Part shown: positions 53,188 to 62,823 of the stretch, one piece after another | Layout: each line of letters begins with the position of its first letter | Numbering within the stretch: position 1 is the first letter of the stretch | From: Candidatus Krumholzibacteriia bacterium | GTDB taxonomy: Bacteria > Krumholzibacteriota > Krumholzibacteriia > LZORAL124-64-63 | DNA: 64,000 bases | Direction of reading: 5' to 3' | Assembly (NCBI GenBank): GCA_050174015.1 | Contig: JBFXKG010000002.1 | Location: 192,001-256,000 of the forward strand | Position numbers and translations under genes: made by a program | Notes under the pieces: model-generated | What the model saw: only the letters and a program-made list of their open reading frames with translations | What the model was told of the DNA's origin: nothing | Databases searched by the model: none

Positions 53188-54168
53188 TCACTTCAGCTTG
53201 TCCGGGACGCTGATCCCGGTGTCTTCCCAGAACTTCACCGCACCGGGGTGCAGGGGGACCGAAGCTCCCAGGAAATTGTTCTCCAGGTTCATGGTGTCGA
53301 AGGTCTTCTTGGCGGCCACCATGGCTTCCATGCCCTCGGGACTCCACAGGGCCTTCATGATCCCGTAGACCACCTCGTCGGGGACGTTCTGGTTGACGCA
53401 CAGGACGGTCGCGTCCTGGAAGGTGGCGCACGCAGGCGTGCCGTCGCCGTAGGTCCCCGCGGGGATCTCCATGGGGATGTAGGCGAACTCGTCGTAGAAG
53501 CCGCTGGCCTCGGCATCCTTGCCCACGTCGATCAGGCGGATGTCGACCTGGACGCTGGCCTCGATGATGCTGCGGTTCGGATAACCGACCAGGACCCAGA
53601 AGGCGTCGATCTTGCCGTCCTTGAAGGCGCTGGCGGCGGCGCTGTAACCCAGGAACTGGGGATCGAAGTTGTCCCAGACTCCCAGGTGGCGGAAGAAGCG
53701 CTCGGCGCTGGCGGCGGCGCCGCTGCCCGCGTTGCCGACGGCCACGCGCTTGCCGGCCAGGTCCTTGGCGCTCTTGAAGGGGCTGTCGGCCCGGACCACG
53801 AGCTGGGCGGGAGCACCGTAGAGGAAGCCCATGGCCCGCTGGCCGTCGTACTTGGTCTCGTCCTTGGGCAGCTTGCCCTTCCAGCCCAGGGCGCTGTCCA
53901 CGGCATAACAGAGACCGAAATCGCTCTCCCCGGAGCTGACACGCTTCAGGTTCTCCACCGAACCGCCCGAGCCGATGGCCGAGAGCTTCACGTTTTCGAG
54001 ATTCTTGGGCACGTAGACGGCCATGGCGTTGGCGAAGGTGTTGAAGGTCCCGCCGGTGGGGCCGCCGCCGACCTTGCCCTTGAATTCCTGGGCGGACGCC
54101 CCGGCAGGGAGCAGGGTCCAGGCGAGCAGGCACAGGCAGGCCGAGGTCAGGATCAGGGTCTTCTTCAT
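53188..54168 (-). CDS. TAXI family TRAP solute-binding protein
   Basis: Signal peptide, G-x-TGGT, GGSVEN, G-x-x-GSG, DGKIDA, PLHPGA. Confidence 0.93.
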   Translation of the reverse strand: MKKTLILTSACLCLLAWTLLPAGASAQEFKGKVGGGPTGGTFNTFANAMAVYVPKNLENVKLSAIGSGGSVENLKRVSSGESDFGLCYAVDSALGWKGKLPKDETKYDGQRAMGFLYGAPAQLVVRADSPFKSAKDLAGKRVAVGNAGSGAAASAERFFRHLGVWDNFDPQFLGYSAAASAFKDGKIDAFWVLVGYPNRSIIEASVQVDIRLIDVGKDAEASGFYDEFAYIPMEIPAGTYGDGTPACATFQDATVLCVNQNVPDEVVYGIMKALWSPEGMEAMVAAKKTFDTMNLENNFLGASVPLHPGAVKFWEDTGISVPDKLK

Positions 54169-54411
54169 TGTCGGGGCTCCTTTGCGGATGAAGGGGAACG
54201 ATCCTTGTCCGGATACCCTAGCGGAAAGCGCCGGTTTGTGTCAACGGTCCAGTAGTTTCGGTTTTTTGCAACCGCCCGTCGGAGGCTTTCTGCGGGTTCT
54301 TCTGGAACTTTGCCGGGAAATCGCTTTAATGGAAGATTCATGATGGCCGGGGCGGGGGGGCGAACCCCGCGCCTCGTTATTATCCCAACGAACGCCCGGG
54401 GGGAAGGACCC

Positions 54412-55053
54412 ATGCCTCTGTTCAGGTCCAGCAAGGTGATCGAGTCCCAGATCGACGACTTCCTCGATCAGGTGGCCGAGGGAGCCCTGGTCTTCAAGGA
54501 GGGGGTGCGCGCCTACCTGGCGGGCGAGCAGCAGGAATTCGAGAGGCGGCTGCAGGCCATCGCCTCCCACGAGTCCCAGGCCGACAAGCTGAGCAAGGAG
54601 GTCGAGGCCCACCTCTACAGCCATTCCCTGATTCCCGACCACCGGGGCGACGTCCTGGGCCTGCTCGAGAACACCGACAACATCATCGACATGGCCAAGA
54701 GCAGCCTCCATCAGTTCGCGGTCGAGATCCCGGACATCCCCACGGAACTGCACGAGGGATACCTGCGTCTCGCGGAGGCGAGCTGCCTGGCCGGCGAGTC
54801 GGCGGTCATGGCGGCCCGGGCCTTTTTCCGGGACGTGGCCGCCGTCAAGGACCACCTGTTCAAGGTGCATCACTACGAACGCGAGGCGGACAAGCTCAGC
54901 GACGGCCTCAAGCGGCGCATCTTCAGGATGGATCTCGAACTGGCCCGCAAGACCCAGCTGAGGTATTTCGCCCACAACGTGGAGTCGGTCTCGGATCAGG
55001 CGGAGGCGGTGGCTGACCGGCTGGCCATCTACGTGATCAAGCGGAACATCTGA
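54412..55053 (+). CDS. DUF47 family (PhoU-like PiT accessory) protein
   Basis: Duplicated E-x-x-AD motifs, helical; directly upstream of PiT. Confidence 0.87.
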   Translation: MPLFRSSKVIESQIDDFLDQVAEGALVFKEGVRAYLAGEQQEFERRLQAIASHESQADKLSKEVEAHLYSHSLIPDHRGDVLGLLENTDNIIDMAKSSLHQFAVEIPDIPTELHEGYLRLAEASCLAGESAVMAARAFFRDVAAVKDHLFKVHHYEREADKLSDGLKRRIFRMDLELARKTQLRYFAHNVESVSDQAEAVADRLAIYVIKRNI

Positions 55054-56537
55054 TGGAGATCCTGGTCTTCCTCTCCAGCGGGCTGTTCCTGGGCTGGTCC
55101 CTCGGCGCCAACGACGCGGCCAACGTCTTCGGGACCGCGGTCGGGTCGCGCATGGTCAAGTTCAGGACCGCGGCTCTCCTCTGTTCCTTCTTCATCGTGC
55201 TGGGGGCGACCATCAGCGGTTCGGGGGCGGCCCACACCCTGGGCCAGCTGGGAGCCGTCAACGCCCTGGCCGGGGCCTTCACGGTGGCCCTCGCCGCGGC
55301 CCTGGCCACCTTCTGGATGACCCGGCTGAAGCTGCCTGTCTCGACCTCGCAGGCGGTCGTGGGGGCGATCATCGGCTGGAACGTCTACGCCTCGGCCCTG
55401 ACCGACACCCGGTCCCTGACCCGCATCGTCCTGACCTGGATCGCCTGCCCGCTGCTCAGCGGATTCAATGCGGTGATCCTGATGCTTCTGCTGCGCTGGG
55501 CCATCCGGCGGGCCAAGCCCCACCTGCTGGAACTGGACGCCCTGACCCGTTTCGGCCTGCTCATCGTCGGTGCGTTCGGTTCCTACAGCCTGGGCGCCAA
55601 CAACATCGCCAACGTCATGGGGATCTTCCTGCCCGAGAACCCGTTCCATGACGTCCATTTCTGGGGCCTGACGTTCAGCGCCACCCAGCAGCTTTTCCTG
55701 CTGGGTTCGGTGGCCATCGGGGTGGGGGTGGTGACCTATTCCCAGCGGGTCATGCGGACGGTCGGAGGGGGGCTCGTGCGGATGTCCCCGGTGGCCGCCC
55801 TGGTGGTGGTGCTGGCCCACTCGATCACCCTGTTCCTCTTCGCCTCGGCCCGGCTCGAGCATTGGCTGGCCACCCACGGCCTGCCCACCTTCCCTCTGGT
55901 TCCGGTCAGCAGCAGCCAGGCGGTGATCGGGGCCATCATCGGCATCGGTCTGCTCCGGGGGGGCAGGGGTATCCGGTACAACATCCTGGGGAGCATCTCC
56001 CTGGGGTGGCTGGCCACCCCGCTGGTCGCCGGCGTCATGTCGTTCCTGCTGCTGTTCTTCGTGGAGAACGTGTTCGACCAGGAGGTCTACCGGACCATCC
56101 GCTTCCGCATCGACCGCCAGGTGGTCGAGGAGGTGGAACGGCTCCACCTGCCGTCCGAGGGCCTCGCCGCCCTGGCCGGCAAGGACATGAGCAACCCCGT
56201 CCGGTTCCGGCGCAGACTGAGCGGCGCCACCGGACTGCCCGAGACCCAACTGGACATCATTACCGAACTGGCCCGGCTCACGTCCATCCGCGTGGATCCG
56301 GGGACGCTCGCCCTCGCCGGAGGCCGGGACTGGCTCACCCCTGGCCAGTGGCAGGCACTGAAGGCCCTGGACGGCAATTCCTACACGCGCTCCTGGGCCT
56401 TCCACCGGGATCTGGGCGAGGCCTCGCCGGAATGGCGCCCGCTCCCCGACACCAAGGTGAACCGGTACTGGAACCAGGATCTCGAGCGGAAGCTGGAGTA
56501 CCTGGACCGGATCTTCCAATCCCAGCCCGAGGAATGA
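55053..56537 (+). CDS. Inorganic phosphate transporter (PiT family) with C-terminal soluble extension
   Basis: GANDAAN-x-FGTAVGS, LPVSTSQ, GANNIAN, PVSSSQ. Confidence 0.9.
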   Translation: MEILVFLSSGLFLGWSLGANDAANVFGTAVGSRMVKFRTAALLCSFFIVLGATISGSGAAHTLGQLGAVNALAGAFTVALAAALATFWMTRLKLPVSTSQAVVGAIIGWNVYASALTDTRSLTRIVLTWIACPLLSGFNAVILMLLLRWAIRRAKPHLLELDALTRFGLLIVGAFGSYSLGANNIANVMGIFLPENPFHDVHFWGLTFSATQQLFLLGSVAIGVGVVTYSQRVMRTVGGGLVRMSPVAALVVVLAHSITLFLFASARLEHWLATHGLPTFPLVPVSSSQAVIGAIIGIGLLRGGRGIRYNILGSISLGWLATPLVAGVMSFLLLFFVENVFDQEVYRTIRFRIDRQVVEEVERLHLPSEGLAALAGKDMSNPVRFRRRLSGATGLPETQLDIITELARLTSIRVDPGTLALAGGRDWLTPGQWQALKALDGNSYTRSWAFHRDLGEASPEWRPLPDTKVNRYWNQDLERKLEYLDRIFQSQPEE

Positions 56538-56540
56538 CCG

Positions 56541-57779
56541 ATGGGGGATGATTCCCGCCGCGGCGTCTTGATGGGGCAGGAGCCCGGGGAACGGGCCTGG
56601 GACCGGTGCATCCTGCACGTGGACATGGACGCCTTCTTTGCGGGGGTCGAGGTCCTCGACGACCCGTCCCTCCGCGGCCGGCCGGTGATCGTGGGCGGCA
56701 CCCCCGAAGGCCGCGGTGTGGTCTCGGCGGCCAGCTACGAGGCCCGGGCCTTCGGGGTCCACAGCGCCATGAGCGCCGCCAGGGCCCGGCAGCTCTGCCC
56801 GGAGGGCGTCTTCCTGCCCGGGCGGATGGAGCGCTACGCCCAGATTTCCCGCCTGATCCAGGCCGTCTTCGGCGATTACACCCCCCTGGTGGAACCCCTG
56901 TCCATCGACGAGGCCTTCCTCGACGTCACCGGTTGCCAGCGGCTGTTCGGCCCGGGCCCGGTGATCGGCCGGCGGATCAAGGCCCGGATCCGGGATGAAA
57001 TCGGGCTGACCGCCTCGGTGGGCGCGGCGCCGAACAAGTTCCTGGCCAAGCTGGCCAGCGATCTCGACAAGCCGGACGGTTTCGTGGTGATCACGGCGGC
57101 GGAGGCTCCGGCCCTGCTGGCGGCCCTGCCCATCGAGAGGATGTGGGGGGTCGGCAGGGTGTCCGCGGCCCAGATGCACGCCTTGGGCATCCGGACCATC
57201 GGCGACCTGCTGGCCGTGCCGGTCCAGGCGGTCCGGGCCCGGTTCGGCGACCACGCGGTCCGGTGGCTGGATCTGGGGCGGGGGATCGACGACCGTCCCG
57301 TGGTCCCGGATCACGAGGCCGTGTCCATCGGCAACGAGACCACCTTCGCCGAGGACATCGCGGACCCCGGGCAACTGCAGGACATCCTGGACCTCCTGGT
57401 GGACAAGGTGGCCAGGCGCCTGCGGGCCCAGGGACGGCTCGCCGGAACCCTGACCCTCAAGGCCCGCTACCCCGACTTCACCACGCCCACCCGCTCCCAG
57501 GGCCTGCCGCATCCCACCGATTCCACGGTGGAATTGCGGGATCTCGCCCGGCGCCTCCTGGCCGACCGGCTGGGCCGGGGCCGGCGGCCCCTGCGGCTGC
57601 TGGGGGTGACCGCCAGCCGGCTGGTTCCCCGGGACGGTGAGCCCCAGCAGGCGGAGCTGTTCGCCCCCGAGGGGTCGGACCGCGACCGGCGCCTCGACCG
57701 GATCATGGACCAGGTCCATGGGAAGTTCGGGGCCAAGCTGAGGCGGGGAACGGCAACTGCCCGCAGGAAAACGGAGTAA
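56541..57779 (+). CDS. dinB: DNA polymerase IV (Y family)
   Basis: HVDMDAFFA, RGVVS-x-ASYEAR, SIDEAFLD, NKFLAKLASD-x-x-KPDG. Confidence 0.95.
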   Translation: MGDDSRRGVLMGQEPGERAWDRCILHVDMDAFFAGVEVLDDPSLRGRPVIVGGTPEGRGVVSAASYEARAFGVHSAMSAARARQLCPEGVFLPGRMERYAQISRLIQAVFGDYTPLVEPLSIDEAFLDVTGCQRLFGPGPVIGRRIKARIRDEIGLTASVGAAPNKFLAKLASDLDKPDGFVVITAAEAPALLAALPIERMWGVGRVSAAQMHALGIRTIGDLLAVPVQAVRARFGDHAVRWLDLGRGIDDRPVVPDHEAVSIGNETTFAEDIADPGQLQDILDLLVDKVARRLRAQGRLAGTLTLKARYPDFTTPTRSQGLPHPTDSTVELRDLARRLLADRLGRGRRPLRLLGVTASRLVPRDGEPQQAELFAPEGSDRDRRLDRIMDQVHGKFGAKLRRGTATARRKTE

Positions 57780-57865
57780 AGCCCACCTCCCTGACGGTCG
57801 ATACCACCTCAAACGGGGATCCGGCGCGGCCGCATCCCCCGGACATCTGCACCTGGAGTGGAGGA

Positions 57866-59086
57866 ATGTCGGTAGACCGGATCAAGGCCCGCATCATGAC
57901 GGTCATGCGCAACCTGCCGCCCCTGCCTGCGGTGACGCGGCAGTTGCTGCTGACCATTGCGGATGAGAACGCCTCGGCCGGTGACGTCTCCAAGGTCCTC
58001 TCCAGCGACCAGGCCCTGGCGGGCAAGGTGCTGAAACTCGTCAATTCCTCGTTCTACGGCGTGCAGCAGGAAGTGACCACGATCAGCCGCGCGGTGGTCA
58101 TGCTGGGCTTTACGGGAATCCGGAATCTGGCCATGGGTTTCGGGTCCGTTTCGGCCATGCAGAGCCTGGGCGGATCCCTGAAGATGGAAGGATTCTGGGC
58201 CCACGCCCTGGCGGCCGGCGCCGCCGCCCAGACCCTGGCTCCCCACTGCAGTCGCCGCACCGATCCGGAGGAGGCCTTCCTGGCCGGGTTGATGCACGAC
58301 ATCGGGGCCTACGTCCTGGCGGCCGCCATTCCGGACATCTACTTCGAGGTCCTGCGCAATCCGGATGGGGACCGTCTCCAGGCCGAGATGGATCTGTGCG
58401 GCATGACCCACGCCCAGGTGGGGCAGAGCCTCCTGAAGTTCTGGGAGCTGCCGGATGCGTTCTGCGACGCCGCGCGCCACCACCACGACGTGGCCCGGGC
58501 CACCGACGGCACCCAGCCCCTGACCAACCTGGTGGCCCTGGCCGACGTGCTCGCCTGCGTGTACGGTGGCGCCTTCGAAAACCCGGCCACCGAGGAGGAG
58601 GTCAGCCGGCTGCTGGCCGCCTCGGGTATCGGCCGGGACCACGTCCTGCTGGCCCTGCGCGGAATGGACCAGAAGGTCCAGGACATGAGCAGCTTCCTGC
58701 ACATCGCCGGAGCCGACCTGTCGGACGGCCGCGTGGCCAAGAATGAGGAGACGACCACCTGCGTCATCGTCACGACCGACGACAACCGCCGGAACTGGGT
58801 CGGCCTGCTCCTGGAATTCATGGGGCAGGACCTGTACCCCATGGAGTCGTACTTCAACCAGGCCCCCGGCAGCGCCGAGGTGGGCCTGGTGCTGGTCGAT
58901 CCCCAATGCATGACCAGCCAGAAATTCGACCAGTTGATGGTCTTCCTGTCGTCCCTGCCGGCCCGGGTCTGCATCCTGGCCGAGAGGGACGGGCACCTGC
59001 CCGCGAACACCCGGGATCTGCCCCGGCTCGATTTCGTCTTCACCCGGTCGGATCTCGGCCGGGTCCTCGCCGGCCAGCCGGTCTGA
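57866..59086 (+). CDS. HDOD domain protein with C-terminal receiver-like segment
   Basis: LPPLP, D-x-x-L-x-x-x-x-LK-x-x-NS, FW-x-H, AGLMHDIG, H-x-x-VG-x-x-L-x-x-x-W-x-LP. Confidence 0.88.
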   Translation: MSVDRIKARIMTVMRNLPPLPAVTRQLLLTIADENASAGDVSKVLSSDQALAGKVLKLVNSSFYGVQQEVTTISRAVVMLGFTGIRNLAMGFGSVSAMQSLGGSLKMEGFWAHALAAGAAAQTLAPHCSRRTDPEEAFLAGLMHDIGAYVLAAAIPDIYFEVLRNPDGDRLQAEMDLCGMTHAQVGQSLLKFWELPDAFCDAARHHHDVARATDGTQPLTNLVALADVLACVYGGAFENPATEEEVSRLLAASGIGRDHVLLALRGMDQKVQDMSSFLHIAGADLSDGRVAKNEETTTCVIVTTDDNRRNWVGLLLEFMGQDLYPMESYFNQAPGSAEVGLVLVDPQCMTSQKFDQLMVFLSSLPARVCILAERDGHLPANTRDLPRLDFVFTRSDLGRVLAGQPV

Positions 59087-59131
59087 TCCCCGCTCCGGCC
59101 AAACCTGACGGCGGGGCCGATCGCCCATGAT

Positions 59132-59163
59132 CGCCCGGCTCTTCCCGCCCGGCTCTTCCCGCC
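59132..59163 (+). repeat. 14-bp tandem duplication
   Basis: CGCCCGGCTCTTCC twice plus partial third copy. Confidence 0.75.
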
Positions 59164-59251
59164 TTGCTCCCGGCCTCCACTTTTGCGATCCTGGTGAGGC
59201 ATGGCCCGGGGCCCTCCCGGACCGCCCTCGTTCCCGAAGGGAGTCCGTCCT

Positions 59252-59986
59252 TTGCAGAACCTGATGTACGGTTTTCTCGGCGGCCTGGCGGTCGCCCTGG
59301 CGACCGCGGTGACCTGGCGCATCGCCCGGCGGGGCCGGGGCGGGCGCCGGGGACCCGTCGCCCCCAGCGTGAGCTACGAGAGCTTCATCACCAGCATGAA
59401 GGCCGTGGGCGAACTGAGCGTCTTCCGCATCATGACCAAGGAGGTCATCACCGCCAGCGACCACTGGTTCGGCGAGTTCGGCAAGAAGTACCTGCACTGG
59501 CTCCTGTCCTCGCACCGGATGACCCTGGTCATCGAGTTCGACGTGGACTTCCGGTACGACCTGACCGACCCGGCCTTCACCGTCGATTCCCTGGGGGACG
59601 GCGGGTTCCGCGTCACCCTGCCGGCCTGCCGTCACGAGGTGCTGATCCGGGACATGCGGATCCACAGCGAGGACAAGACCGAACTATTGCCCTGGCTGAT
59701 GCCCGACCTGCTGGGCCGCTTCTTCACGGGGGGATTCAGCGTCGAAGCCAAGAACAAGCTCATCAACGAGACCCGCGTGCAAGCCAGCCGGTTCGCGGGC
59801 GATCTCGTTCTGAAGGCGACCGGCGAGGCCCAGAAGTCGGCGGCCCGCACCCTGACGATGCTCGCCCAGGGACTGGGCGCCTGGCGCGTGGAATTCGAGT
59901 TCCTCGACAGCCAGGAATTCCGGCCCCAGGTGGACACCTCGCGGATCGAGGGCGCCTTGCCCCCGGCGGAAAGGGCCGGATCATGA
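59252..59986 (+). CDS. DUF4230-like membrane-anchored protein
   Basis: N-terminal TM, GEL-x-V, F-x-YDL, LP; TTG start after AAGGGAG. Confidence 0.65.
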   Translation: MQNLMYGFLGGLAVALATAVTWRIARRGRGGRRGPVAPSVSYESFITSMKAVGELSVFRIMTKEVITASDHWFGEFGKKYLHWLLSSHRMTLVIEFDVDFRYDLTDPAFTVDSLGDGGFRVTLPACRHEVLIRDMRIHSEDKTELLPWLMPDLLGRFFTGGFSVEAKNKLINETRVQASRFAGDLVLKATGEAQKSAARTLTMLAQGLGAWRVEFEFLDSQEFRPQVDTSRIEGALPPAERAGS

Positions 59987-60498
59987 GAAGGACCGTCATC
60001 GGCATCATGGGCGGATCCCAGGCCGATCCGCGCACCCTGGAACTGGCCGAGGAGATGGGCCGCCTCATCGCCGGACGGGGGTGGGTGCTGCTCTCCGGCG
60101 GACGTCCCACGGGAGTGATGCAGGCCAGCGTCACCGGGGCCCGACGGGCCGGCGGCCTGACCGTCGGCGTCCTGTTCGACGACGATCGCGAGGGGGCGGC
60201 AGAGGGCCTGGACATCGTCATCCCCACGGGAATGGGCGCCGCCCGGAACGTGGTGAACATCCTGGCCAGCGACGTGGTGGTGGCCTGCCGGGGCAACGGC
60301 GGCACCCTGAGCGAGATCGCCCTGGCCCTGCGCTTCGCCCGGCCCGTGGTCCTGCTGGACTTCGATCCCGGACGGGAGTTCCTCGATTCCTGCGCCGCCG
60401 GCGGCGCTCCCGGCCGCTGGACCCTGGCGGCCACGCCGGCGGAGGCCGCCGACCGGGTGGCGGCCTACCTCGCCGAGCTGGGCCGGGAGCCCGCGTGA
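59983..60498 (+). CDS. TIGR00725-like SLOG/LOG-superfamily nucleotide-binding protein
   Basis: IGIMGG, SGG-x-x-x-GVM, GGLTVGVL, TGMG-x-ARN, GTLSEIA. Confidence 0.85.
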   Translation: MRRTVIGIMGGSQADPRTLELAEEMGRLIAGRGWVLLSGGRPTGVMQASVTGARRAGGLTVGVLFDDDREGAAEGLDIVIPTGMGAARNVVNILASDVVVACRGNGGTLSEIALALRFARPVVLLDFDPGREFLDSCAAGGAPGRWTLAATPAEAADRVAAYLAELGREPA

Positions 60499-61646
60499 CC
60501 CCCGGGTTCGACCGCCCTCCCGACCGGCGGGGGACCGACTCCCTCAAGTGGCGGAGATACGACCCGGAGGACGTGCTGCCCCTCTGGGTCGCGGACATGG
60601 ACTTCGCGTCCCCGCCCGCGGTGGTCGCCGCCCTGCAGGAGCGGGTGGCCCACGGGGTCTTCGGGTACGGCGAGCCCGTCCCGGCCCTGGTGGAGGCGGT
60701 GACGGGGGCCCTGGAGGAGGCGTTCGGCTGGCGGGTCGAACCGGACTGGATCGTGTGGCTGCCCGGACTGGTCAGCGGATTGAGCGTGGCCTGCCGGGCG
60801 GTCGGGGAGCCGGGCCGGGGGGTGGGCGTGGCCGCGCCGGTCTATCCCCCGTTCCTGCGCGTCCCTCCGCTCATGGACCGCAAGACGGTCCGGATGCCCC
60901 TGGGAGGTGACAACGTCCAGGGCTGGCGCCTGGACTGCGACCTGCTGGAGGCGAACTGGGATCCGGACGTCAGGCTCTTCCTCCTGTGCCATCCCCACAA
61001 CCCGGTGGGCAGGGTGTGGACGGCAGCCGAGCTCGAGGATTTCGCCGCCCTCTGCCTGGCCCGAGATACCGTCATCTGCAGCGACGAGATCCACAACCAG
61101 CTCGTCCTGGAACCTGGCCTGCGGCATCGCCCCCTGGCCACCCTGGATCCCGAGTTCGCCCGCAAGACCATCACCCTGCTGGCGCCGAGCAAGACCTTCA
61201 ACATCGCCGGTCTGGGCTGTTCCCTGGCGGTGATTCCCGAGCCGGCGCTGCGTCGCCGCTTCGACCGGGCCCGGGCCGGGATCGTTCCCGATCCCAACAT
61301 CCTGGGCATGCAGGCCGCCGCCGCGGCCTGGTCCGCAGGCGGGAGTTGGCTTGCCGAACTCCTGGATTACCTGCGGGGGAACCGGGATCTCCTGGCCGGG
61401 CGCATCGCGGGCCTGCCCGGCGTCACCATGGCCCCCGTCGAGGCCACCTACCTGGCCTGGCTGGACGTCCGCGCCCTGGGCCTGGAGGAACCGCACGCCT
61501 ACTTCCTGAAGCACGGACTCGGCTTCTCCGACGGCGCCGAATTCGGTGCGCCGGGCTTCCTGCGCCTGAATTTCGGGTGTTCCCGCTCTCTCCTGTCCGA
61601 AGCCTGCGCCCGGCTGGACCGGGCGGTCGCGCTGATCGGAAGCTGA
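60495..61646 (+). CDS. PatB/MalY family PLP-dependent C-S lyase
   Basis: S-x-KW, PLWVADMDF, HGVFGY, PHNP-x-GRVW, SDEIH, APSKTFN, ATYL-x-WLD. Confidence 0.93.
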   Translation: MTPGFDRPPDRRGTDSLKWRRYDPEDVLPLWVADMDFASPPAVVAALQERVAHGVFGYGEPVPALVEAVTGALEEAFGWRVEPDWIVWLPGLVSGLSVACRAVGEPGRGVGVAAPVYPPFLRVPPLMDRKTVRMPLGGDNVQGWRLDCDLLEANWDPDVRLFLLCHPHNPVGRVWTAAELEDFAALCLARDTVICSDEIHNQLVLEPGLRHRPLATLDPEFARKTITLLAPSKTFNIAGLGCSLAVIPEPALRRRFDRARAGIVPDPNILGMQAAAAAWSAGGSWLAELLDYLRGNRDLLAGRIAGLPGVTMAPVEATYLAWLDVRALGLEEPHAYFLKHGLGFSDGAEFGAPGFLRLNFGCSRSLLSEACARLDRAVALIGS

Positions 61647-61763
61647 GGGGCGGCTCCCGCCCCGGTTTCCCCGCTCCAGAGGGAGGATCCTGGACTTTCC
61701 CGCAGGGCGGACCGGGTTGCTCGATTCCCGTTTTCCCCAATGATTATTTTGTCAAAATTGTTG

Positions 61764-61776
61764 CAAATTATTGATT
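61764..61776 (-). promoter_or_regulatory. IHF-consensus site in AT-rich upstream region
   Basis: CAAATTATTGATT = reverse complement of WATCAANNNNTTR. Confidence 0.35.
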
Positions 61777-61963
61777 TTGTTGGCGTTGTTGTATTTTGAG
61801 AGTGTTTTCAGTAAAGGATCCGGTTAATGGGGCAAAAAAAATCAGGTTAAGGTTGCCAAAAACGGCGGAATATGGCAGGATGACCTCATTCGAAGGGACT
61901 CACGTCCTTGGCCGGGAGAGTCTCGAAAGTGATTTATCCATCATATCGCCTCAGGGGGTAGAC

Positions 61964-62545
61964 ATGAAAACCTTGGTCATTGCTTTGGCGCTGGTCACCC
62001 TGGCAGGCTCCGCCTTCGGGCAGGCCTACTGGGAGGACAACATCGGGATGTACTACAACGAAGACGGGACCAACTACTGCTGCGGGGCTCCTCCGGGAAC
62101 CTTCGTGGACGTGTACCTGGTCCTCACTCACGCCACCAGCGCGACCGTGGCGGGATGGGAGGCCAAGCTGACCTTCGAAGGCGCCTGGTTCCCCGTTTCC
62201 TTCACGCCGCGCTACGATCACATCAACGCAGCCACCCGTCCCAACGAATACATCGTCGGTCTCGGCACGCCTCAAGCGACCATCGGCGGCGCGGTGGTCC
62301 TGATGGACATCCGCCTCTACAACACGGACGGGTTCATCCCCTCCTACGGGTACGTGGGTCCCATCTACTTCCACTCCGTTCCGGAGCAGCTGCCGGCCTA
62401 TCTGGACGGCGCCGATCTGGAGCTTGTCAAGCCCATGTATCCGAGCCTCGGCAGCATCCACGACTGGGTCATCAGCCTGAACAACGGCTGCGTGGTCGAG
62501 GACGAGAACACCAGCTTCGGGACGGTCAAGTCCTTGTTCCGCTAG
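61964..62545 (+). CDS. Secreted beta-rich protein, paralog 1, C-terminal SFGTVKSLFR tag
   Basis: Signal peptide AFG/Q; 193 aa; clearly homologous to 62824-63405. Confidence 0.85.
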   Translation: MKTLVIALALVTLAGSAFGQAYWEDNIGMYYNEDGTNYCCGAPPGTFVDVYLVLTHATSATVAGWEAKLTFEGAWFPVSFTPRYDHINAATRPNEYIVGLGTPQATIGGAVVLMDIRLYNTDGFIPSYGYVGPIYFHSVPEQLPAYLDGADLELVKPMYPSLGSIHDWVISLNNGCVVEDENTSFGTVKSLFR

Positions 62546-62567
62546 GTTCTCTCCGGTCCGGTGATCG

Positions 62568-62601
62568 ATCCCCCGTGTGCCAAGGCACGGGGGATTTTTT
62601 T
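62568..62601 (+). terminator. Rho-independent terminator
   Basis: ATCCCCCGTG...CACGGGGGAT + T run. Confidence 0.85.
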
Positions 62602-62746
62602 GGGGGGAATCCGTCGGAAATTCATGCAGCTGGATTATAATTGCCACGATGGGAACGACTTATGGATATTTTGAACCGATTTGATCGGTTTTTCGGGTAA
62701 AAAAAAGTACGACATGGCATTTTTTTGTGTCTCGGGACTTGATTTA

Positions 62747-62755
62747 TGTTATAAT
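62747..62755 (+). promoter_or_regulatory. Extended -10 promoter
   Basis: TG-T-TATAAT about 70 nt upstream of paralog 2. Confidence 0.6.
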
Positions 62756-62823
62756 TTCAATCAGTCAATCACCCTTCGCCGGGCTTCGCCCATGACCTTT
62801 CACACTTCATAGGAGCGACAACA

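Noticed and set aside
49343..57779. SRAP plus dinB as a mutagenesis cassette or prophage remnant
   Set aside because: They are 6.5 kb apart, separated by housekeeping genes, with no lexA, imuAB, integrase or phage genes.
62714..62730. sigma54-like TGGCA...TTG element
   Set aside because: No GC at the -12 position, and a good extended -10 lies just downstream.
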